The notes under the pieces are model-generated. The model made no database searches. It was not told where the DNA came from and saw nothing but the letters and a program-made list of their open reading frames with translations. The position numbers and the translations under genes were made by a program. Positions 18,727 to 27,022 of a stretch of 35,749 nt of DNA are shown here, one piece after another; the first letter of the stretch is position 1, and every line of letters starts with the position of its first letter. Source of the stretch: an uncultured Pseudomonadota bacterium (lineage in GTDB: Bacteria; Pseudomonadota; Gammaproteobacteria; Methylococcales; Methylomonadaceae); assembly GCA_903902945.1 (NCBI GenBank), contig CAIUWU010000097.1:1-35749 (forward strand). The letters are read 5' to 3'.

Positions 18727-20025
18727 TTAATAGAAGCTATCTTCTAACAGCTGACGGTAAGCGGCCTGAGCGTAACCGGCTTCCAATGTCAGTGACTCGT
18801 GATCGGTTTTGCTGCTGACCCCACCGCTGATTTGCGCTTTTGCCAGAGACCGGGCTTCGCTGAGACGATAAGAATGACTGACCGAAATAGCCTGGTCGGC
18901 TGTGATCAGGCTGTAACAGGTATTAATCCAGCTGGGTGAGGGCAGTTCTGTTTCATTGAACAAACAGCTCAGCGCCAGTGCACACATCTTGGCTTCCGAA
19001 TTGGCGGCAAATGCCGATTTTGGTATCGGGTTGAAATAAGCAGCATCGCCAATGACATGAATAAACCGACTGATACTGGATTCACTGCTGATCGGATTGA
19101 CCGGACACCAGCCGCTCTGATCGGCCAGACCGCTGTCGAGGGCAATACTGCCGGCGGTTTGTGGCGGAATCAGATTGATGACATCACCCCGGCAGCGGTC
19201 GCCAAAGGCGGTAATGACGGTTTTGCCGGCGGCATCCAGTGCCACGATCGGATTGTCGGCCAGACTATGCCATTCGATCAGGCTATTGGCTGTGCCATAA
19301 CCATAATGCTGTTTCCAGCCACTCTCAAATAGGGCTTGTTTGGAGAAACTGCGCTTGGGATCGAGAATCAGGATTTTGGCGCGCGGTTTATGGCGTTTCA
19401 GCCAGTAAGCCATCAGGCTGGCGCGTTCATAGGGCCCGGGCGGGCAGCGGTAAGGGTCGGCGGGCGGGCAAATTAGCACCGTGCCGTTGTCCGGCAGATT
19501 TTGTAACTGATCGTTAAGCAGCAGGGTTTGCTGTCCGGCTTGCCAGGCATGCGGAAACTGTTCGCTGAGCGACTGCGAATAGCCGTCAATCGTATCCCAG
19601 CGAAAGGCGATGCCGGGCGACAGTATCAGTCGGTCATAACTCAGCCGGTTGCCGCCGGATAATTCGACCTGCCGTTGCTGTGGCTTGATCGAGCTGACGC
19701 TGTCGCTAATCAAATTAATCCGGTGACGCTGGCGCAAGTGCTGATAATCGGTGCTGAGTTGCTCCAGGCTGGTGATACCGGCAAAAACCCCGTTACTGCC
19801 GGGGCAGGCCAGATAACGGCTTTTGGGCTCGATCAGGGTAATTTTCAGATTGGGTGAGAACAGACGCAGATATTTGGCGGCTGTAGCACCGCCGAAGCCG
19901 CCACCCACGATAATCACATGGGCTTTGGCGGTGCTGCGTTGCGGCCAGAGACTGCAACCGTTAAATAACAGCAGGCTGGAGGCCAGACCGCTTTTTAAAA
20001 ACTGGCGCCGGGAAAGCTCAGACAT
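18727..20025 (-). CDS. fccB: Flavocytochrome c sulfide dehydrogenase flavoprotein subunit (FccB/SoxF family)
   Basis: Tat motif SRRQFLK, FAD-binding VGGGFGG, YLACPGSN (position of the covalent-FAD Cys), YRCPPGPYERA and NTCYS active-site Cys pair, IGDA...PKSAFAANSEAK. Confidence 0.88.
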   Translation of the reverse strand: MSELSRRQFLKSGLASSLLLFNGCSLWPQRSTAKAHVIIVGGGFGGATAAKYLRLFSPNLKITLIEPKSRYLACPGSNGVFAGITSLEQLSTDYQHLRQRHRINLISDSVSSIKPQQRQVELSGGNRLSYDRLILSPGIAFRWDTIDGYSQSLSEQFPHAWQAGQQTLLLNDQLQNLPDNGTVLICPPADPYRCPPGPYERASLMAYWLKRHKPRAKILILDPKRSFSKQALFESGWKQHYGYGTANSLIEWHSLADNPIVALDAAGKTVITAFGDRCRGDVINLIPPQTAGSIALDSGLADQSGWCPVNPISSESSISRFIHVIGDAAYFNPIPKSAFAANSEAKMCALALSCLFNETELPSPSWINTCYSLITADQAISVSHSYRLSEARSLAKAQISGGVSSKTDHESLTLEAGYAQAAYRQLLEDSFY

Positions 20026-20026
20026 G

Positions 20027-20323
20027 CTAGATACCACTCAGGCGTTCGGCGAGGGCTTTGAGTTCATCGTCACTAAAGCCTTTGACAATCCGCGGCATCA
20101 GCGTGGCCGGCCGCCGCTCATACTTAAAATCCAGTAATAACGCCAATAAATCTGCCTGTTGGCGACCATTAAGGGCCGGTAAGCGATCCGGCTGAGTTGA
20201 GTGAGGATGGCAGGCAAAGCACTCGCTGATCAGTCCATCCGTGGCATCGGCCGGGTTGCCGCTCAGCGGTAGAATGCATAACAGCAGCATCAGCAGTGAT
20301 CTGAGGCTGAGCGGTTTATCCAT
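20027..20323 (-). CDS. fccA: Monoheme class I cytochrome c, probable FCSD cytochrome subunit
   Basis: Sec signal peptide, single CFACH heme motif, distal Met in LMPRIVKGFSDDELKALA; ends 1 nt before the fccB ATG. Confidence 0.8.
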   Translation of the reverse strand: MDKPLSLRSLLMLLLCILPLSGNPADATDGLISECFACHPHSTQPDRLPALNGRQQADLLALLLDFKYERRPATLMPRIVKGFSDDELKALAERLSGI

Positions 20324-20325
20324 GA

Positions 20326-21069
20326 TCAACCCAGGCGCTGGCGTTGCCGGAAAACTTCATACATCAAAACGCCGGCAGCTACCGAGACATTCAGGCTTTC
20401 AACCTGGCCTATCATCGGGATTTTGACCAGAAAATCGCAGTTCTGACGGGTCAGATGACGCATGCCGGTGCCTTCGGTGCCCATGACGATGGCCAGTGGC
20501 ATATCCAGCGTCATGCTGTAGACCGTCTGCTCGGTTTCGCCGGCAGCGCCCATAATCCAGACATTTTCCTGTTTCAGCCAGCGCAGCACCCGGGCCAGAT
20601 TAGTAACCTGATAAACCGGCACTGTTTCAGCGGCGCCGCTGGCAACCTTGCAGACAGTTGGCGTGATACCAACTGCATTGTCTTTGGTGATGATAATGCC
20701 GCTGGCTCCGACCGCATCGGCTGTACGCAGGCAAGCACCCAGATTATGCGGGTCCTGGACCTGATCCAGAATCAGATAGAACGGTGTGCTGTCAAGTCTG
20801 GCCAGATCGTGTTTCAACTGATCTTCACTGCGCATCGGCGGCAGCTCAACGGCGGCGACAATGCCCTGATGATTTTTACCATCGGCCATTTTGTCGAGTT
20901 TTTTGCGGTCGGTTTTTTCCGGTTTGATACCCCGTTTGGCTAGTTCTTCCAGTAGCTGAGTCAGGCGGGCATCCTGACGCTGGCCATCAACCCAGACTTG
21001 CTGGATTTTTTGTGGCGAATAGTCCAGTGCCGCCTGAATGGCGTGAATTCCGAATAAGTTTGCGTTCAT
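20326..21069 (-). CDS. rlmB: 23S rRNA (guanosine-2251-2'-O)-methyltransferase RlmB
   Basis: FGIHAI, HQGIVA, LDQVQDPHNLGACLRTADA, GTEGTGMR, ESLNVSVA; ATGA overlap with rnr. Confidence 0.97.
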   Translation of the reverse strand: MNANLFGIHAIQAALDYSPQKIQQVWVDGQRQDARLTQLLEELAKRGIKPEKTDRKKLDKMADGKNHQGIVAAVELPPMRSEDQLKHDLARLDSTPFYLILDQVQDPHNLGACLRTADAVGASGIIITKDNAVGITPTVCKVASGAAETVPVYQVTNLARVLRWLKQENVWIMGAAGETEQTVYSMTLDMPLAIVMGTEGTGMRHLTRQNCDFLVKIPMIGQVESLNVSVAAGVLMYEVFRQRQRLG

Positions 21070-23405
21070 GAGGATCGGCGTTTAGACGCTTTGGCCGGTT
21101 TGCGACCGGTTTTTTTAGTGGATTTTTTGGCGGACTGCTTTTTGGCCGGTTTGGCTGATTTTTTAGTCGCCGGTTTACTATCGGCCTTGGTGGCTTTGCC
21201 TTTGCTGTTGCTAGTTTGCAGCAATTCAAAATCAATTTTCTTGTCATCCAGATTGACTCTGACCACCTTGACGGTGACGGTATCGCCCAACCGGTAACGC
21301 ACACCGCTGCGTTCGCCGAACAGATGATGGCTGACCGAGTCGAAATGAAAATAATCCTGATGTAGTGAGGCGATGTGTACCAGGCCTTCGACATAAATTC
21401 CCTGCAGTTCGACGAAGAAACCAAAGCTGGTGACGGCGGAAATGATGCCGCTGAACTGCTCGCCAATTTTGTCCATCATGTATTCGCATTTCAGCCAGGT
21501 GACGACATCGCGAGTGGCTTCGTCGGCGCGGCGTTCATTGGCAGAGCAATGTTCGCCCAGCGCAATCATGTCGGCCGGCGTGTAATGGAAGCTGGCAACC
21601 GGCTGTTTATTGATGCAATGGCGGATAGCGCGGTGAACCAGTAAATCCGGATAGCGGCGGATCGGTGAGGTAAAGTGAGTGTAAGCATCCAGCGCCAGGC
21701 CAAAATGGCCTTTGGTTTCCGGGCTGTAAACCGCCTGTGACATCGAGCGCAGCAACACGGTCTGGATCAGGTGGGCATCGGGCCTTTCTTTAATGCTTGC
21801 CAGCAAGCGCATGTAGTCCAGCGGATGTGGATTATCACCGCCGCCCATTTGTAAACCCAGTTCGCTGAGAAAGGTTTTCAGCGTCAGCAGTTTTTCATCG
21901 CCCGGGCCGTCATGAATCCGTAGCAGGCGGGGGATTTTATGGCGATTGAGGAATTTGGCCGCCGAGGTATTGGCGCTGATCATGAATTCTTCAATCAGCT
22001 TATGCGCATCGTTACGGACCAGCGGTACGATTTGGTCGATTTTGCGTTCCGTGCCAAAAATAATCCGGGTTTCCTGGGTGTCGAAATCCATCGCCCCGCG
22101 CTGTTCACGTTGCTGGCGCATCGCCTGATATAGGGCATACAGATTATGCAAGTGCGGTAGTAACGGCTGATATTGCTCGGCCAGCGCCTGATCACCGTCA
22201 ACCAGAATTTTGGCGACTTCGGTATAAGTCAGTCGCGCCTGAGAGCGCATCACCGCATCATAAAATTTGGAACGGCTGATGATACCTTCGGCATTAATCT
22301 GCATTTCGCAGACCATGCACAGGCGATCAACTTGCGGATTCAGTGAGCACAAACCGTTGGAGAGGATCTCCGGGAGCATCGGAATCACTTTTTCCGGAAA
22401 ATAAACCGAGGTGCTGCGGTTGCGGGCTTCGTCATCCAGCGCAGTATTGACCTGAACGTAATGCGAAACATCGGCAATCGCTACGATCAGTTTCCAGCCT
22501 TTCGGCGTTTTCTGGGCATAGACGGCATCATCGAAGTCGCGGGCATCTTCGCCGTCGATGGTAACCAGCGGCAGATTGCGGATATCGACCCGACCCTGTT
22601 TGGCCGCTTCCGGCACTTCGGCGGTTAACGGTGCAATTTCGCGCAGCAATTCATCCGGCCATTGATTGGGTAGCTCATAGGAGCGGATGGCCATTTCGAT
22701 TTCCATGCCCGGCGCCATGTGCATGCCAAGGATTTCCTTGATACGTCCCAGCGGTTGGCAATGATTGCTGGGCTGTTGCAGAATTTCTGCCACCACAATC
22801 TGACCTTTTTGGGCGCCGGCAGTGTCTTCTTTGGCGATCAGCACTTCATGGCTGATTTTTTTATTGTCGGGAATCACATAGGCCATGCGGCCTTCGCTGT
22901 AGAAACGACCAACCACCTGATGAGTATTACGTTCGATCACATCGACGATGCCGGCTTCGCGGCGGCCTTTGCGATCGATGCCAGTTACCCGCACTCGGGC
23001 ACGGTCGTTGTGAAACAGGCTTTTCATTTCGCGCGGCGAGATGAATAAATCATCGCTGCCATCATCGGGTTTCAGGAAACCAAAGCCTTCGGGGTGGCCG
23101 AGCACGCGGCCGCTGATCAGATTGTGGCCTTCGCTGAGTGCATATTTTTGGCGGCTGTTGAAGATCAGTTGGCCATCCCGTTCCATCGCGCGCAGGCGGC
23201 GGCGCAGGGCTTCGAGGTCGTCTGGGGTTTCCAGTCCGAATTGCTGGGCAATTTGCTGGCGGCGAACCGGTTTGCCAAGGTGTTGAATCAGTTCCAGAAT
23301 CAATTCCCGGCTGGGAATCGGGTGTTCGTATTTTTCAGCTTCGCGCTGAGCGTGGGGGTCGGTGAGGATATTAAAATCAGTTGCCTGATCGTTGCTTGAT
23401 GTCAT
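21066..23405 (-). CDS. rnr: Ribonuclease R
   Basis: N-terminal HTH (PIPSRE...RRRLRAMERDGQL), CSD, TIDGEDARDFDDA, HFTSPIRRYPDL, S1 domain, Lys-rich tail. Confidence 0.97.
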   Translation of the reverse strand: MTSSNDQATDFNILTDPHAQREAEKYEHPIPSRELILELIQHLGKPVRRQQIAQQFGLETPDDLEALRRRLRAMERDGQLIFNSRQKYALSEGHNLISGRVLGHPEGFGFLKPDDGSDDLFISPREMKSLFHNDRARVRVTGIDRKGRREAGIVDVIERNTHQVVGRFYSEGRMAYVIPDNKKISHEVLIAKEDTAGAQKGQIVVAEILQQPSNHCQPLGRIKEILGMHMAPGMEIEMAIRSYELPNQWPDELLREIAPLTAEVPEAAKQGRVDIRNLPLVTIDGEDARDFDDAVYAQKTPKGWKLIVAIADVSHYVQVNTALDDEARNRSTSVYFPEKVIPMLPEILSNGLCSLNPQVDRLCMVCEMQINAEGIISRSKFYDAVMRSQARLTYTEVAKILVDGDQALAEQYQPLLPHLHNLYALYQAMRQQREQRGAMDFDTQETRIIFGTERKIDQIVPLVRNDAHKLIEEFMISANTSAAKFLNRHKIPRLLRIHDGPGDEKLLTLKTFLSELGLQMGGGDNPHPLDYMRLLASIKERPDAHLIQTVLLRSMSQAVYSPETKGHFGLALDAYTHFTSPIRRYPDLLVHRAIRHCINKQPVASFHYTPADMIALGEHCSANERRADEATRDVVTWLKCEYMMDKIGEQFSGIISAVTSFGFFVELQGIYVEGLVHIASLHQDYFHFDSVSHHLFGERSGVRYRLGDTVTVKVVRVNLDDKKIDFELLQTSNSKGKATKADSKPATKKSAKPAKKQSAKKSTKKTGRKPAKASKRRSS

Positions 23406-23516
23406 TGATGATTTCTGTGCTGTTGGTTAAGGGGGTGTGGGGCTGAGTCGCAACTCCCACGGATAGCAACCAACGTTTTAAATTGATAGTCAAAAAACGC
23501 TAATTTCATATTGTGT

Positions 23517-23963
23517 TTAACGTGGCGAAATGGTTAGGGCGCCTAACGTGACGCCTACATCGAGGCCACGGCCATTGCCGGATAATGCCAGTGAAATTTC
23601 ACCGCGGGTCAGAACCTGGGCATCAACCGATTTGGTGGCGCCAGCATGGCCTTCCAGAGCCACATAATTGCCATAAATTTCATTAAGATTTTTTACATCG
23701 GAGAACACGCCGGTACCCTGGATTTCAGATTTGCCGATAGTGAAACCAATGCTTTTGGAAGCGAGTCCGACTTGGGCCCGCTGACCGTTGCTACAACTGA
23801 TATTGCCGATACCGTCGTATTGTTTGTAAATGAAAGAAAAGCCGCTCAGGGTGTAAGTCATGGTGCAAGAGGTTAGCGGTCCCGCTACTGCCTGACCCGG
23901 TAACAGCAAACAGCCGCAAGCTGTGATAATGATCGGAACATATTGCAAGAATCGGCTTTTCAC
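23517..23963 (-). CDS. Secreted Gly-rich beta-strand hypothetical protein (possibly DUF992/EipA-like)
   Basis: GTG start with AGGGA upstream; signal peptide ending AVA; two Cys in the mature part; alternating Gly/hydrophobic strands. Family assignment is tentative. Confidence 0.7.
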   Translation of the reverse strand: MKSRFLQYVPIIITACGCLLLPGQAVAGPLTSCTMTYTLSGFSFIYKQYDGIGNISCSNGQRAQVGLASKSIGFTIGKSEIQGTGVFSDVKNLNEIYGNYVALEGHAGATKSVDAQVLTRGEISLALSGNGRGLDVGVTLGALTISPR

Positions 23964-24062
23964 TGTTTTTTCCCTGTTGACATAGTAAATGCTGATCGAC
24001 AGTTTACCTGCTATTGATGATAAGCGTCGCGATTATAGTATAAAGCTTTGACCGCTGAGCCA

Positions 24063-27008
24063 TCAGCCGGCAGTGAGCGACAAAATGGTATTGATCTCAG
24101 TGTTTTCAATGACTTTCAGATCGGTTGCCAGGAAATAAATCCGGTCGCGGCTGATATTGCCTTGTTCCACCAGATACTTGGCGATGGCATTGGCACGGGC
24201 GATAGCCAGGTTATTCAGTCTGGGCGGCTCCGGTGGCATCGCTGATTCCAGCTTTTGTCTGGCCAGACCATAAAACTCAGCATCCGGCTGGCTTTTGACT
24301 CTGGGGGCTCCTAACAGGGAATAGCTGATATCGTCCGGAAAAACCTCTTTGAAAAACTTTGCCAGCAGGCGTTTATATTCGCTGTCTGACAATTCAATAT
24401 ATTCAGAACGGATATATTGTCCCCGATCACGTAATTCGCCGGATTTCATTTTTTTCAGAATTTCCAGTATCGAATCAAAGCGAATTACCGGCCAGTCCTG
24501 ATTTTGATAAGCCACGCCTTTTATTTCTATACCCAGCTCGGGTTTGCTTTGCAGTGCCTGACTGAGCTGCTGCAGTTTTTGTTGCTGTTCAGCGCCGAGT
24601 GCCGCACTGCCGGGCGCAAAGGCGACCATGCTGTAGTCTTTTTCGGTATCCAGCAGGCTGCCCAGCGCTTTAAACGGCGAGGCGGTGATTTTGGCAATCA
24701 GATTCTCCGCAGCGTCGGCGATAAAGGTTTCAAAATTGAAATGGGGGTCGTTCAGGCTGCCGGAGATCGGAAAATCCAGATTGATTTTGCCGCTGCTGTC
24801 TTTAAGCAGGGCAATTGCCAGTTTGATGGGCAGCGATTTGGCATGCGGATTATCGACATACTCACCCAAGGTCAGCTGGTCGATAAACAGTTTATTGTGT
24901 GCCAGCAGCTCGCCGTGCTGAATCTGGTATTGCAGGTCCAGCGCCATCTGGCCTTTTTCGATGCTATAGCCGGAAAACTCAGCCATATACGGTGTGATCA
25001 GTGGTAGCGGCATATGCGTAAAGCTGAGCCGGATGTCCGAGTCACCACTTTTCAAATTATGCTGGCCTTTGATATTGACCTGAGCCAGGTCGAATACCTT
25101 GCCTTGCAAGCGCAGTTCGGCAGGATGATCCTGTTGCGAGACAAAATCATTCAACTCGCCATTGAGTGCTTTGATTTCGGTGGCAAACGGCAACAGCAGC
25201 GAATTATCGGCAAAATCGGCCTGACCATCCGCAAGACTGATTTTAGTGATACGCAGATTTAACGGCGGGGTGGCGGCGTCGGTAGCTTGGGTGGTCGGTT
25301 CGGTTTTGGCCGATGGCGGGCGCAATTCGCTGAAATTACTGCTGCCATCGGCCTTAATGATGGCGCGTAGATAAGGTTGTTCAAAAACCACTTTGTTCAG
25401 GCTGAGTGACTGTTGCCTGTGGTCATATTCAATCTGTTCCAGTTGCAGATTGGCCCATTTCACAAAGTCTTTATGCTTTTGTTTATCACGGGTAATCAGA
25501 TTGGCCAGATTGGCATCGCCTTTAAACTGTAACTGCAAAGGCTGGCCGGGATCGACGGTCAGATTGCCCTTGGCGTTGATTTCGCCATCGATCCATTCCA
25601 GATTCAGGTACGGATCCAGCAAGGACTGCAAAGGTTTCAGATTAAAACGGCTGAGTTCAGCTTCCAGTTGACTGTTAAGCGAGGGCGGTGTGGTAGTGCC
25701 GCTGATTTTGGCGCTGCCTTGTTCAAACAGATAGAAGCTGAGCTGCCAGTGATAAGGGGTGGTCTGGTTGTTCAGGTTCGCGACCTGACTGGATAGATTT
25801 TTGAGCACCGCTTTGGCTTGGTGTGAAGCGGTGTTGACAATATTTAATGCATAGTTGTCAATTTTTAGTTGGCCAATCTGGATCTGCCAGCTTGGTGTTG
25901 GTGTTGGTGTTGGTGTTGGTGTTGGTGTTGGTGTTGGTGTTGGTGTTGGTGCTGCTGTGGTTTGTAAATGAGGTTCCTGGTCTGCCGGCAGCAGGCGTTG
26001 GTAATTCCACAAACCTTTAGCATCTTGCCAGACGTTTAACTGGGTTTTTGTTGTCAACAGGTTGTCGACTGTTAACTGGCGCTGCTTACTGTCGAGGTTG
26101 ATCCCAGTCAGTTGCAGGCGGGAAAGATCGAGCAATGTTTGCTGGTCTGCACGGTCTTTCAATGACAGTTGGCTGATATCAAGTGCGCCATTGTTGACAA
26201 CAATCTGCCAGGTGGCATCCTGCTGCCGCAGCTGATAATCAGCCTGTAATGACAGCACACCGTTATCAATATCCAGCTCGGCCAGATCATGCAGAAACAT
26301 TTGCCAGATTTTGGCCAGAGCGATCTGTTGCACATCCAGATGTCCCTCAGAGCTTAACGATTGCAGTTTCAGACGGCCATGCCAGTGAAAATCACCGCCG
26401 GAAGCGGGGGTGAAGCTTAGATCGAATTCACTGTCGGTATCGGACTGACTGCTGAAATCGAGCAGCGAAAGATTAACCGGCAGCAAGGTTTCGGTTTGCG
26501 GGCCCTGTTTAGGCGTTTCCAGCCAGGCCAGCTGACCATTTTCAATGATCAGTTGGCTAATGCTCAGATTGGGCTGATTGCTTGGATCGCTTGCTTCAGC
26601 ATTATCGGCAGATGGTGATTTGGTTTGTTCCAGCAGATGACTGAAATTGAAACGACCGTCACGATAATGCTCGATGTTAATCACCGGCTGTTTGAGCACG
26701 ATGGCATCAAATATCGCCGCCTGTCGTAGCAGGCTACCCAGCAGATTGAGATTGAGGGTCAGTTTGTCAAAGCTGAGCAGTGCCGTGTTCTGATCACCGC
26801 CGATGGCAAAGCCATCGATTTCCACGCTGGCGCGAAACGGATTCAGATGCAGGTTTTGCAGCTGCACCGGCTGGCCGGTTTTCTGATGCAACCACGACGG
26901 CAGTTGCGCAACAGCGATGGCCGGTAACAGATAAGCACCCAGCAGGGTATAAGTACCGAGCATGCCCCCTAGCCAGAGGGCTGTGCGCCGGCTGATGTTG
27001 AAGCGCAT
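24063..27008 (-). CDS. DUF748 (AsmA-like) protein with C-terminal OmpA-like region
   Basis: N-terminal TM anchor, LHLNPF, FNFSHLL, ITPYMAEFSGYSIEKG, LPIKLAIALLKDSSGKINLDFPISGSLNDPHF, then FAPGSAAL...LAIARANAIAKYL; ATG 27008 with AGGA RBS (alternative TTG 27026). Confidence 0.85.
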   Translation of the reverse strand: MRFNISRRTALWLGGMLGTYTLLGAYLLPAIAVAQLPSWLHQKTGQPVQLQNLHLNPFRASVEIDGFAIGGDQNTALLSFDKLTLNLNLLGSLLRQAAIFDAIVLKQPVINIEHYRDGRFNFSHLLEQTKSPSADNAEASDPSNQPNLSISQLIIENGQLAWLETPKQGPQTETLLPVNLSLLDFSSQSDTDSEFDLSFTPASGGDFHWHGRLKLQSLSSEGHLDVQQIALAKIWQMFLHDLAELDIDNGVLSLQADYQLRQQDATWQIVVNNGALDISQLSLKDRADQQTLLDLSRLQLTGINLDSKQRQLTVDNLLTTKTQLNVWQDAKGLWNYQRLLPADQEPHLQTTAAPTPTPTPTPTPTPTPTPTPSWQIQIGQLKIDNYALNIVNTASHQAKAVLKNLSSQVANLNNQTTPYHWQLSFYLFEQGSAKISGTTTPPSLNSQLEAELSRFNLKPLQSLLDPYLNLEWIDGEINAKGNLTVDPGQPLQLQFKGDANLANLITRDKQKHKDFVKWANLQLEQIEYDHRQQSLSLNKVVFEQPYLRAIIKADGSSNFSELRPPSAKTEPTTQATDAATPPLNLRITKISLADGQADFADNSLLLPFATEIKALNGELNDFVSQQDHPAELRLQGKVFDLAQVNIKGQHNLKSGDSDIRLSFTHMPLPLITPYMAEFSGYSIEKGQMALDLQYQIQHGELLAHNKLFIDQLTLGEYVDNPHAKSLPIKLAIALLKDSSGKINLDFPISGSLNDPHFNFETFIADAAENLIAKITASPFKALGSLLDTEKDYSMVAFAPGSAALGAEQQQKLQQLSQALQSKPELGIEIKGVAYQNQDWPVIRFDSILEILKKMKSGELRDRGQYIRSEYIELSDSEYKRLLAKFFKEVFPDDISYSLLGAPRVKSQPDAEFYGLARQKLESAMPPEPPRLNNLAIARANAIAKYLVEQGNISRDRIYFLATDLKVIENTEINTILSLTAG
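25892..25951. repeat. Perfect tandem repeat (TTGGTG)10 encoding a Pro-Thr linker
   Basis: Ten exact copies counted; minus strand uses only CCA ACA codons, giving (PT)9P. Confidence 0.98.
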
Positions 27009-27022
27009 CCGGATAAATCCTG

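Noticed and set aside
20344-20943. 199-aa ORF antisense to rlmB, and similar antisense ORFs inside dnaE, bamA, rnr, DUF748 and tolC
   Set aside because: Fully nested opposite well-conserved genes; expected from codon bias; no recognisable domains
21066-21210. Histone-like Lys/Ala-rich tail
   Set aside because: A basic C-terminal tail is a known feature of RNase R
23436-23460. Imperfect hairpin upstream of rnr; possible tRNA or riboswitch
   Set aside because: Short bulged stem only; no cloverleaf, T-loop or aptamer motif
25892-25951. Tandem repeat as CRISPR or mobile-element signature
   Set aside because: No spacers and no cas or transposase genes; it is an in-frame coding microsatellite
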